From assembly GCA_965229825.1 (NCBI GenBank), contig CBDDJQ010000011.1:460487-524486 (forward strand): 64,000 bases of DNA, in the 5' to 3' direction. Of this stretch, positions 9,401 through 17,878 are shown one piece after another; the stretch's first letter is position 1, and the number at the start of each line of letters is the position of its first letter. The position numbers were made by a program, and so were the translations under genes. This DNA comes from Vicinamibacterales bacterium (lineage in GTDB: Bacteria > Acidobacteriota > Vicinamibacteria > Vicinamibacterales > UBA8438). The notes below the pieces were generated by a model. It did not search any database. It worked only from the letters and a program-made list of their open reading frames with translations, and was not told where the DNA came from.

Positions 9401-9646
9401 TCAGACATCGACGCCCTGATCGACGAGCGCATCGAGGTCGGCGCGGAACCGGCCGGCGTCGATCCGCGGCGCGGTGGCGGCGGACTGTGCGATGGCGCTA
9501 CGGGACACGAACCGGCGCGGGGACACGGGCCTCAGTTCGGTCACCGGTGTGCCGTTGTGTGTCACGATCATGCGCTGACCAGACTGGACGTCGCGCAGGA
9601 TGGCCGCGGCTCTATTGCGGAGCTGGTTCTGAGTGATGTTACGCAT
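9401..9646 (-). CDS. Phd/YefM-family antitoxin (orphan)
   Basis: MRNITQNQLRNRAAAILRDVQSGQRMIVTHNGTPVTELRP, a prevent-host-death pattern. Confidence 0.8.
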   Translation of the reverse strand: MRNITQNQLRNRAAAILRDVQSGQRMIVTHNGTPVTELRPVSPRRFVSRSAIAQSAATAPRIDAGRFRADLDALVDQGVDV

Positions 9647-9734
9647 CGGGTCCCGAACTAGGGGTTCGTGTAGCTCAAGGCGCGCCGCTTCGACCCCAAG
9701 GTGACAACGCGCCGCGGACAACCACGGCGGCCGC

Positions 9735-10937
9735 TCACGGCGAGACGTTCTCGTACCACTTGAGGTTGGCGGTGCCGCCGCCGATGCAGACGAGGTCGGT
9801 GCGGTCGTCTCCATTGAGGTCCTCGGCCACGCAGGCCGAGGGCGACATGTCGCCCTCGTCGAGCACCTGGCGGGACCACGCGGCGCCGTCCGGACCCGCC
9901 GCGTACAGATACAGGTTCCGCGGCTCACCGCGGTCGCCGGTGACGATCTCGTCGCGGCCGTCGCCGTCGAAGTCGGCGGTCACGATGGTGTGGCTGCTGC
10001 CGATGCGGTCGATGACCTGCCGCGTCCACGACTCGCCGTCCTCGCGGTACACGACGACCTGATCGCCGTGCCAGGGCTCGATGGTCGTGACGAAGGTGCG
10101 GTCGCCGAGACGTCCGGTCTCGACCTCGCTCGCGCCGCTGCGGGGCCACGGTGCGGGGTCGCCGTCGGCGATGGTGCTGCCGATCCACTCGCCGTCGATG
10201 AATCGATGGAGGTGCACGCCCGCGAAGCTGGTGCTGAGCACGGCCTCGCGATCGGTGTCGTCCCACGGCTTCACCAGCAGTCCGTGCACCACCCCCTGGC
10301 CGGCGTCCGGCACGGTGCGGCGCTCCCAGTCGTCGGGTCGGTACCAGAAGAGGGGCACCGCGTCGCGATACTCGGGCGCAGAGGCGGCCGGGCCGGACAG
10401 GGGGGCGCTGATCAGCACGTCGCGCCCCGAGCCGTCGATGTCCGCCCACCGTATCCGGTGCACCGTCGGGGTGCGGTCGATCTCGCGTATGCGCCAGGGC
10501 CGGGTCGGGTCTTCCTGATGGGTCAGCAGGGACAGGACGCCGAGGCTGTTCTCGTGCGTCGTGCCGAACTCGTGGGCGACCACCAGCTCGGGAATCCCGT
10601 CGTCGTCGAGGTCCCGCGCGGCCGCGTTGATGGCTCGGTTCAGCCCGGTGGTCAGGACATGCCGCTCCCACCCGGGGTTCTCGTACCAGGCCAGCTCGTC
10701 TGCGCGGGTCGACAACGCGATCACGTCGGGCCGGCCGTCGCGATTCAGGTCCACCACCACCGGCTGGTAGCCGTTCGTCAGCTCCGTGGCGATTGCATGG
10801 GTCTCGAATTGCGGCCCGCCGGCCGCGGCTTCCTGCGCGCCGGCCGACCACCATCCGGCCGTTCCCGGCACGAGAGACGAGGCCAGCAGCGCGGCGCCCG
10901 CCCACGCCGCGGTTTCGACGCGAGTGCGTTGTGTCAT
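9735..10937 (-). CDS. Secreted FG-GAP/VCBS repeat beta-propeller protein
   Basis: Signal peptide; repeated DLNRDGRPDV, DLDDDGIPEL, DIDGSGRDVL, DFDGDGRDEI, DLNGDDRTDL. Confidence 0.85.
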   Translation of the reverse strand: MTQRTRVETAAWAGAALLASSLVPGTAGWWSAGAQEAAAGGPQFETHAIATELTNGYQPVVVDLNRDGRPDVIALSTRADELAWYENPGWERHVLTTGLNRAINAAARDLDDDGIPELVVAHEFGTTHENSLGVLSLLTHQEDPTRPWRIREIDRTPTVHRIRWADIDGSGRDVLISAPLSGPAASAPEYRDAVPLFWYRPDDWERRTVPDAGQGVVHGLLVKPWDDTDREAVLSTSFAGVHLHRFIDGEWIGSTIADGDPAPWPRSGASEVETGRLGDRTFVTTIEPWHGDQVVVYREDGESWTRQVIDRIGSSHTIVTADFDGDGRDEIVTGDRGEPRNLYLYAAGPDGAAWSRQVLDEGDMSPSACVAEDLNGDDRTDLVCIGGGTANLKWYENVSP

Positions 10938-11393
10938 CTCTTCACCCTCCCCTGCGGGTCGGCGTCTTCGGTGTCTCGAAGAATCTCGACCCTTGCGGAC
11001 GTATCGGTCGAATCACGTCGAACGACCGGTCCGCATCTCGTCGAGGTCGCCATCCCCGCCGGATCCACGACGGGCGAGCTTCATCGATGTCAAGGGGTTC
11101 CGGCGCAAGGGCTCGAAGCGCGAGTCGACCGCCGCGCGTGTTGTCGTCAGAGTCGTCAGACAGTAACGGCGCATGACCGCCGCGCACCCCTCAATCGTCG
11201 ATATCCAGGTTCGCGTGACGTACGCCAAGCATACACCTGGCGAGACGATGGATGAGGGGCTCCCGCTTTGCTCCGGGCGGGTCGAAGAAGCGGCTCAATC
11301 GGTTCCGGCGCTTGCAGTCGCGCCGAACCCCGTTGAACCGTCCGCCGCGCGCGGCTACGCTATAGGCCGGCAAACGACACAGAAAGGACAGGC

Positions 11394-11852
11394 ATGAGAA
11401 AAGCAATCTTCGCCGTCGTCATCAGCATCGCTCTCAGCGGCATGGCATACGCGCAGGACGATCCGGCGCCCTGCGGCCCGGCCAGCAACCTGGCGGGGGA
11501 GTTCTCCAAGAACGTCGCGGCAGATTCCCGGTGCTTCGAGCTGCGCATGTACACGGCCGAGCCGGCGCAGGACGGCCAGGGCGGCATCGACAATCTGCAC
11601 CAGCGCTTCCGTGAGGGTGAAGTCGCACTGTTCGAGAAGCACGGCGCCGAGATCGTCGCGGCGTGGCAGAGCCTGGAAAACCCGAACACCCTGGTCTGGA
11701 TGCTGGCGTATCGCGACCGGGCCCATCGCGAGCAGGTGTTTGCCGATTTCCGCGCCGATCCCGACTGGCTGGAGCTCCGTGCGAAGTACGACGTGCCGCT
11801 GGAGATCCAGGCGTTCATGATGAGCGCCTCCGACTACTCGGCGTTGAAGTAG
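11394..11852 (+). CDS. Secreted NIPSNAP-family protein
   Basis: FELRMY...LHQRFR...LFEKHG...LVWMLAY.DR.HR...FRADPDW; RBS AAAGGA; signal peptide. Confidence 0.85.
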   Translation: MRKAIFAVVISIALSGMAYAQDDPAPCGPASNLAGEFSKNVAADSRCFELRMYTAEPAQDGQGGIDNLHQRFREGEVALFEKHGAEIVAAWQSLENPNTLVWMLAYRDRAHREQVFADFRADPDWLELRAKYDVPLEIQAFMMSASDYSALK

Positions 11853-11981
11853 CCGTCCGGAGCGTCACCCGGCGTTCCCCGGCACAAGCCGGGCGATCGA
11901 CGGGTGACGCCACCTGCCCGGCCATCGGCTGCGGGTTCCGCCCGACAGAACGGCATCGGGCCGGTCGCCCCGGGCTGCTAG

Positions 11982-13575
11982 GAGTCTGCGCCGCAGGAGA
12001 TTTACGGCATGAGATGGAGCGCCGTCCCGCGACCTGACTCACCCATGCCGGGGCAACTCGACAACTCGGCCGTTTCCCGGTGAATTGCGAACAAACAGCA
12101 AAATCATGCCCTGATCGGCCGGAGGGTCCGCCGGAGAGCACGATTCGGACCGATTGGCCGCCGTGACGAGCCCCATAATCTGTGCGACTACGCCGCCATC
12201 AGCGCGTGCAGGCGCTTGGCGTTCAGCGCCAGGCACACCAAGTCCCACTCGCAACGCACCTTGGCCAGTCCCCGCAGGCTGAAACGCCGGAATCCCAACA
12301 CGTGCTTGATCCAGCCGTACGGGGCCTCCGACAACCACTTGCGTTCCGCATACGCCGCCCGGCCCGCCGACGTGGCCAGCTTCTTCAGCATGCGACCCGT
12401 CGCCGGATGCTTGTCCAAGTCTCGGCCGGCATTTGTCTTGCCCTCCCGGCCCAGCGACACATACCCGTCAACGCCCCGCTCTTCCAGCTCCACCAAGTCC
12501 CGCTCGTTGCAGTACCCCGCGTCGGCCAACACCTTCTCCGGCTGAGTGTCGAACGTCTTCTTCACTTCATCCAGCAACACCGGCAGGGCGCCCTGGTCGC
12601 TCGCGTTCGCCGTCAGCTCCGTCGACACCACCAACTGGTGGTCACCGTCCACCGCCGCCTGCGCGTTGTAGCACTGCTGGAATCCATCGTTGCTCGTCTT
12701 CATGATCCCGCTTTCCGGGTCCGTGAAATTGCTCTGGGCCTTCTCCTCAGGCTCGCCATACGCCCGCTTGTAGGGCCGACCCCCCTTCGGGTTGCGGGCC
12801 TGACCCGGCTGACGACCCCGCGTGTCGTCCGCCGACCGAGCCGCTGCCTCCAGACGCGCCTTCGCCGCCCGGATCGCGGCCAGACGCTCCTCGCGCCGGC
12901 GCAACTCCGCCGGCAACTCGTCCCCCCGCACATCCGCTCCCAAGCGAACGTCCTCGGCCGTGTCGACTGCATCCGCCGACCGCAACAACGTCTCGATCTC
13001 CTCGACCAGACGCCGTTCCTCCTCCTGCATCCGGCCGTAGCTCATCGCCTTGTGCTTGCTCGCGTTCGCGCGAACCTTCGTCCCGTCAATCGACAGCTTC
13101 CCAAAGCTCGCCAGCCCCAACTCCCGCGCCAGACGAACCACCTCCACGAACAGCGCCTTGAAATCCTCCAGATGACGACGACGAAACTCGCACACCGTAC
13201 GGTGCTGCGGAAAGTTGCCCGCCGCCAGCACCCGGAACGCCACGTCCTCCTCCAGCTTCCTCGCGATTCCACGCGACGAGAACACCCCCGTCGCATACGC
13301 GTAGAGCAGAATCTTCACCATCATCCGGGGCTCATACGGCGCGTTGCGACGACCGTCCCCTTCGTACGGGGCGTAGAACGCCGTCAGATCCAGACCGTCC
13401 ACCAGATCGCTGATGTGGTGCGCCAAGTGGCCCTCGGACAGCCAATCACGCAGGTCGGGCGGCAACAGCAGCGACTGCTCCGGCACGTAGCGGCGAAAAG
13501 TCGTCGACATCAAGTCCTTCCAGCGTTGGATTCTCGCCTACAATTTCCGCATCGATTTTTCTGCGGCGCAGACTC
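11982..13575 (-). mobile_element. IS1182-family insertion sequence, about 1594 bp, 15-bp terminal inverted repeats, CTAG target duplication
   Basis: GAGTCTGCGCCGCAG (11982-11996) and CTGCGGCGCAGACTC (13561-13575), flanked by CTAG at 11978-11981 and 13576-13579. Confidence 0.93.
12188..13510 (-). CDS. IS1182-family DDE transposase
   Basis: LLPPDLRDWL, PYEPRMMVKILLYAY...SSRGIARK, IDGTKVRANAS, NFTDPESGIM, YNAQAAVD, LADAGY, IKHVLGFRRFSLRG. Confidence 0.96.
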   Translation of the reverse strand: MSTTFRRYVPEQSLLLPPDLRDWLSEGHLAHHISDLVDGLDLTAFYAPYEGDGRRNAPYEPRMMVKILLYAYATGVFSSRGIARKLEEDVAFRVLAAGNFPQHRTVCEFRRRHLEDFKALFVEVVRLARELGLASFGKLSIDGTKVRANASKHKAMSYGRMQEEERRLVEEIETLLRSADAVDTAEDVRLGADVRGDELPAELRRREERLAAIRAAKARLEAAARSADDTRGRQPGQARNPKGGRPYKRAYGEPEEKAQSNFTDPESGIMKTSNDGFQQCYNAQAAVDGDHQLVVSTELTANASDQGALPVLLDEVKKTFDTQPEKVLADAGYCNERDLVELEERGVDGYVSLGREGKTNAGRDLDKHPATGRMLKKLATSAGRAAYAERKWLSEAPYGWIKHVLGFRRFSLRGLAKVRCEWDLVCLALNAKRLHALMAA

Positions 13576-13587
13576 CTAGGAGACGCC

Positions 13588-14149
13588 TCAGTCGAGCGGC
13601 ACGCCCATTTCCCGCAGGGGCGCTTGGTCCTGTTCTGCTTGACCCGCAGCCCTGGTGGTCCTACCGGGGCCCGCAACGGGTTCTGATCCTCGTTCACGGG
13701 ATGGGTCGCGCGTTACCCGCCCCCGCAGATTCGGCGCGCGGCGGCGTGAGGCAGTCCCCTCAGTCGACTGTCCTGCAGGACATCCGGGAGTTCGGCCCGT
13801 AGCCGAACGGGCCTTGGCCCGGCACCCGAACGTCCCGTCCGAGAACGCTGGAGCCGGTCCGCTCCGCCGGCCGCCCGGAGGCCGAGCCGTGTAGTAGACG
13901 ACTGGTCCGGGCCATCGCCCCAGCATTCGATCTCAAGCGTGTCCGCGTCGAACCTCCAAGCGTTCTCGACCGCCAGGCGCCTCAGCTCGGGAGTGTCGAG
14001 CGTGAGCGGCGCCGCCTCAGCCTCGCCACCAGTTCGGCCCGGCTGATTTCCCCGCAGCCGGTCGGTTCCGGAGAACCCCCGCACGCCGCCGCGGCTGCGC
14101 CCGAGGCGCACGCCGCGACTATCGTGAATGTGCTCCGGATCGTCCTCAT
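13588..14149 (-). pseudogene. Degraded, multiply frameshifted hypothetical lipoprotein
   Basis: RBS AGGAG, then MRTIRSTFTIVAACASGAAAAACGG (lipobox-like). Protein-like sequence continues in another frame (AEAAPLTLDTPELRRLAVENAWRF). Confidence 0.35.
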
Positions 14150-14699
14150 GTCCGTCTCCTCTGGTTCTCTTCGCCTGTTCGCGTCGCGCCTGCGACAGTG
14201 ACCAGCGGAAGGGCGAAGGGAACTCGAATACCGATCGGCCGGAGATCGCGATTCTGCTGGTAGAATGAGTCCGTACACGCGAACGCCCTGAACCGGGGCG
14301 TCCCCGTTGCGTGATCGGCTCCAAGCAATCATCCTGGCCGGGAGACCTCAAGAGCCATCGCGAGGAGTCTTGACGTGGCGAACGCGGCTTCCCGCAGATC
14401 GGGGCCACCACTGCACAGGCCGAGAAGCCGTCGAACGCGACCCGAGCCGCTGAACGGCTCGCGATCGCTCGGCGCCGACCGACCGCATTCAGATTTCTTG
14501 AGGGACTGGGTGCCCGTGACTAGAGAGAAGAAAAATCAAAACTCCAGAATACCGGGCTTCCGGCTCGGGCCATACGGAGTCCATCCACCGTGCGGTGCGG
14601 CAGGGTAGCCCCAGCGGCCATCGCGCTTCGCGAAGACACGCTCGTACCACCCCGAGAGCCACGCCCCCCGTGCAGGCGTTCGCGCGCGAGTTGGCGAAG

Positions 14700-14785
14700 T
14701 AACGCCCGTACCCTCCTCACGCCCTGTCAGGCGGGCGCCTCGCTGCTCGCGGTGCAACGCGGGGTTTCCACCACGGGCCGCCAGG
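14700..14785. repeat. Partial copy of the MITE family
   Basis: CCTCCTCACGCCCTGTCAGGC...CGGTGCAACGCGGGGTTTCCACCACGGGC matches the right half of 36760-36983. Confidence 0.7.
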
Positions 14786-14903
14786 CGCGAATCGTGGTGA
14801 TGCGGAAGGTGCCCGCGAGCGGACGCGACGGCGACTCGCCAGAGAGCTGCCGGCCGGCAGTCGAGGATGCCCGACATCGCGCCCAGATCGAGGACGCTTC
14901 CCG

Positions 14904-16379
14904 CTACTGATCCGGCGTGACGCCGGCCGCGCGCATGGCGTGGCGGATGGTCTCGGCGGTCTGCGGCGAGCTGAGGAGGTTCATGCCGCGGTGCATGCCG
15001 ACGGCGATGCCCAGCGGCGTGGCCCCGCGCTGGTTGGCGCGGTTCCAGACGGCGACGTCGGCCCCCGCCTCGGCGAGCAGGGTCGCCACCTGCGGCAGGT
15101 GCTTGTAGGCGGCGCCGTGCATCGCGGTCTCGCCCTTGGCGTCGACGGCATCGATATCCAGGCCCAGATCGAGGGCCAGCTGCACCGCCTCCACGACCTC
15201 GGCCTCGGTGCCGGGGTCCTCGCCGGGCGACGAGGTGCCGAGGCCGGCTGCGACCATCAGCGCGGTCGAGTTGTCCTCGTTGGTGAGGAACAGGTCCGCG
15301 CCCAGTCCCGCCAGGAGCTCCATGTACTCGGCGTCGGCGGTCCGCGCCGCGAGCAGGAACGGCGTGCCGCCGATGAAGTTCATCGCGGTGATGCCGGCGG
15401 GGGGCCGCGTGGTGACGCGGGCGTTCAAGTCGGCGCCGTGGGCGATCAGCTTGCGCGCGAAGTCGAGGCTGGTCATGTCGCCGGACCCGCGCGGGGCGGG
15501 GTTGTTGCTGCCGGCGATGCCTGCCTTGCGGACCCAGCTCAACTGGTGGAGGGCGGTCCAGCCCCGGGGCGCGGCGTTGGGGTCGGCGCCTCGGTCCAGC
15601 AGGTAGGCGGCCAGCTCGAAGTGGGCGCTCCCCGCTGCGAGCAGGAACGCGTTCAGTCCGGCGTCCGACGCGCGCCGCCGCTCGACTCCACCCGCGGTCA
15701 GGGTCGAGTTGATCGAGATCTGCTGATCGAGGTCCGCCCCCGCTTCGAGCAGGGTCTGCACGACGTCGGTACGTCCCTCCCGCGCCGCGAACAGCAGGGC
15801 GGTGAACCCCCGTTTCGACCGGGCGCCGACATCGGCGCCATAGCGCACGAGCGCCGGGATGACTGCGGCGTGTCCCTCGGCCGCCGCCCACATCAACGCC
15901 GTTTGCCCCTTCCAGTGCTCCTGCGCGTTGACGTGGGCGCCGGCGTCCAGCAGCAGCTCGACCACGTCCGCGTTGCCCGAGCGGGCCGCGGTCATCAACG
16001 CCGTCTCGCCTTCGGTCAGGGTGCTGTTCGGGTTGGCGCCAGCGTCGAGCAGCGCCTCGACCACGCCGGAGCTGCCGGAGACGCACGCGAGCGACAACGG
16101 CCGGACGCCGTACCGGTTGCCGGTGTTGGCGACGGCGCCCGCCTCGAGGAGCAGCCGGGTCACTTCGACGTCGCCGCCGTACGCCGCCCAGTGGAGCGGG
16201 GTGGTGCCGTCCGGCCCCGACTCGTTCACGTCGGCTCCGGCATCGACGAGGGTTCGTATCCGTGCCGCATCGCCCGCCTTGACGGCATCGACGAGCGGCA
16301 GGTCGGCCGGGGCGGCGGTCGACGTGGCCGCCGCCAGCAGCACTGCGAACGCGAGGCCGATCAGTCTGACCCGAGTCAT
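14904..16379 (-). CDS. Secreted ankyrin-repeat protein
   Basis: Start MTRVRLIGLAF (signal peptide); many G.TPLHWAA/GETALMTAA...LL.AGAD.N repeats. Confidence 0.92.
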   Translation of the reverse strand: MTRVRLIGLAFAVLLAAATSTAAPADLPLVDAVKAGDAARIRTLVDAGADVNESGPDGTTPLHWAAYGGDVEVTRLLLEAGAVANTGNRYGVRPLSLACVSGSSGVVEALLDAGANPNSTLTEGETALMTAARSGNADVVELLLDAGAHVNAQEHWKGQTALMWAAAEGHAAVIPALVRYGADVGARSKRGFTALLFAAREGRTDVVQTLLEAGADLDQQISINSTLTAGGVERRRASDAGLNAFLLAAGSAHFELAAYLLDRGADPNAAPRGWTALHQLSWVRKAGIAGSNNPAPRGSGDMTSLDFARKLIAHGADLNARVTTRPPAGITAMNFIGGTPFLLAARTADAEYMELLAGLGADLFLTNEDNSTALMVAAGLGTSSPGEDPGTEAEVVEAVQLALDLGLDIDAVDAKGETAMHGAAYKHLPQVATLLAEAGADVAVWNRANQRGATPLGIAVGMHRGMNLLSSPQTAETIRHAMRAAGVTPDQ

Positions 16380-16531
16380 GCGGTTGTCTCCCGAGTTGAG
16401 CCCGGCACGCCGTCGCCGGGGGTGTCGAGCGGCTACACGGATGGATGACGCCCGGCATTTCGGGCAGGGGGCTGATCCTCGCTGGGACCTGAGGATCAGC
16501 CCGAACCCGATGCCGAGGGGAGCCGATCCCC

Positions 16532-17878
16532 TCAGAGCGACAGCGGCTCCAGGACCTCGGCGGCGTGCCCGGTGCTGTCGACGAACCGGTCGAGATGCAC
16601 GCCCGCGTCGTCGAGCAGCGCGAGGTGCAGGTTCGCCAGCGGCGTCCCCTTGTCGTACTTGACGTGGCGGCCGCCCCACGGCTTGTCGCCGCCGCCGCGC
16701 GCCACCACGATCGGCAGGTTGCGGTGGTCGTGCACGTCGGGGTTGCCCATGCCGCTGCCGAGCATGAAGGTCGAATGGTCGAGCAGCGAGCCGTCGCCGT
16801 CCGCGGTGGACTTCAACTGATCGACCATGTACGCGAAGAGCGACACGTGATACGCGTTGATCTTTGCCAGCTTGGCCAGCTTCTCGGGGTCGTTCACGTG
16901 ATGGGATATCGGGTGGTGCGGCTCCGGGACCCCGATCTGCGGATAGGTGCGGGTGCTTGCCTCGCGCGCGAGCTGGAACGTGATCACCCGCGTCAGATCC
17001 GCCTGCAGGGCGAGCACCTGGAGGTCGAACATCAGCTTGACGTGGTCTTCCCATTCGACGGGAACGCTGGTGGGGCGGGTCAGATCCGGCAGCGGCGAGC
17101 TCGCCGCCTGCTCCTCGGCGAGCTGGATGCGGCGCTCGACCTCGCGCACGGTGCTGACGTACTCGTCGACCCGGACGCGGTCAGTGTGGCCCACCCGGTG
17201 CTGCAGCTTCGCCATGTCGTCGAGCACCCAGTCGAGGATGCTGGCGTTCTTGCGCATCTCCGCCTGCCGCTGCTCGGTGGTTCCGCCGTCGCCGAAGAGC
17301 CGCTCGAAGACCACCCGCGGGTCCGCCTCGGTCGGCAGCGGCGAGGTCGGCGAGGCCCAGGACAGGCTGTTCTGATACACGCAGGCGTAGCCGTTGTCGC
17401 AGGAGCCGACCTGCACGATCAGGTCGGTGCCCAGCTCCAGCGACGGAATCGGCGTGTCCGCGCCGATCTGGCGGGCCGCGATCTGGTCCACGGTGATGCC
17501 CAGTTCGTAGTCGCTGCCCTCGGTCCGCTTGCCTCTGAGGCAACTCAGGAACGCCGCGTTCGACGAGGCGTGGTTGCCGGTGGTGTGGGCGTTCTCGAGG
17601 TCCAGGTTCGTGACCACGGTCACGTCGTCGAGGTGCGGCGTCAGCGCCGCCAGCGATGGCGAGAGCCCCTGCAGGCGGCCTACTTCTCGCGGCGTCCACG
17701 GCGCGGGGTTCATCCCCATCGGGATGAACACGAACCCGAGCCGCCGCGGGGCGTTGGCGGCGGTGGCCGCCTGCGCGGTGAATGCCGGCACCATCGCATC
17801 GAGCAACGGCAGCGCCACCGTGGCGCCCAGACCCTTGAGGAACGTCCGGCGCGGTAGCGCCAACTTGCTGATCATCAT
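16532..17878 (-). CDS. DUF1552 family protein (Tat substrate)
   Basis: LPRRTFLKGLGATVALPLLDAM twin-arginine leader; RRLGFVFIPMG; PSLELG; DPRVVFERLFG; HHPISHH; DGSLLD; H.HRNLP. Confidence 0.9.
   Translation of the reverse strand: MMISKLALPRRTFLKGLGATVALPLLDAMVPAFTAQAATAANAPRRLGFVFIPMGMNPAPWTPREVGRLQGLSPSLAALTPHLDDVTVVTNLDLENAHTTGNHASSNAAFLSCLRGKRTEGSDYELGITVDQIAARQIGADTPIPSLELGTDLIVQVGSCDNGYACVYQNSLSWASPTSPLPTEADPRVVFERLFGDGGTTEQRQAEMRKNASILDWVLDDMAKLQHRVGHTDRVRVDEYVSTVREVERRIQLAEEQAASSPLPDLTRPTSVPVEWEDHVKLMFDLQVLALQADLTRVITFQLAREASTRTYPQIGVPEPHHPISHHVNDPEKLAKLAKINAYHVSLFAYMVDQLKSTADGDGSLLDHSTFMLGSGMGNPDVHDHRNLPIVVARGGGDKPWGGRHVKYDKGTPLANLHLALLDDAGVHLDRFVDSTGHAAEVLEPLSL

Noticed and set aside
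10940-11390. Short ORFs in the divergent intergenic region
   Set aside because: No recognisable motifs or RBS; cannot be supported.
14350-14700. Possible riboswitch or small gene
   Set aside because: No recognisable aptamer consensus or coding signal.
14904-17054. 716-aa ankyrin ORF with long N-terminal extension
   Set aside because: The extension overlaps DUF1552 out of frame; the true start at 16379 has an RBS and signal peptide.
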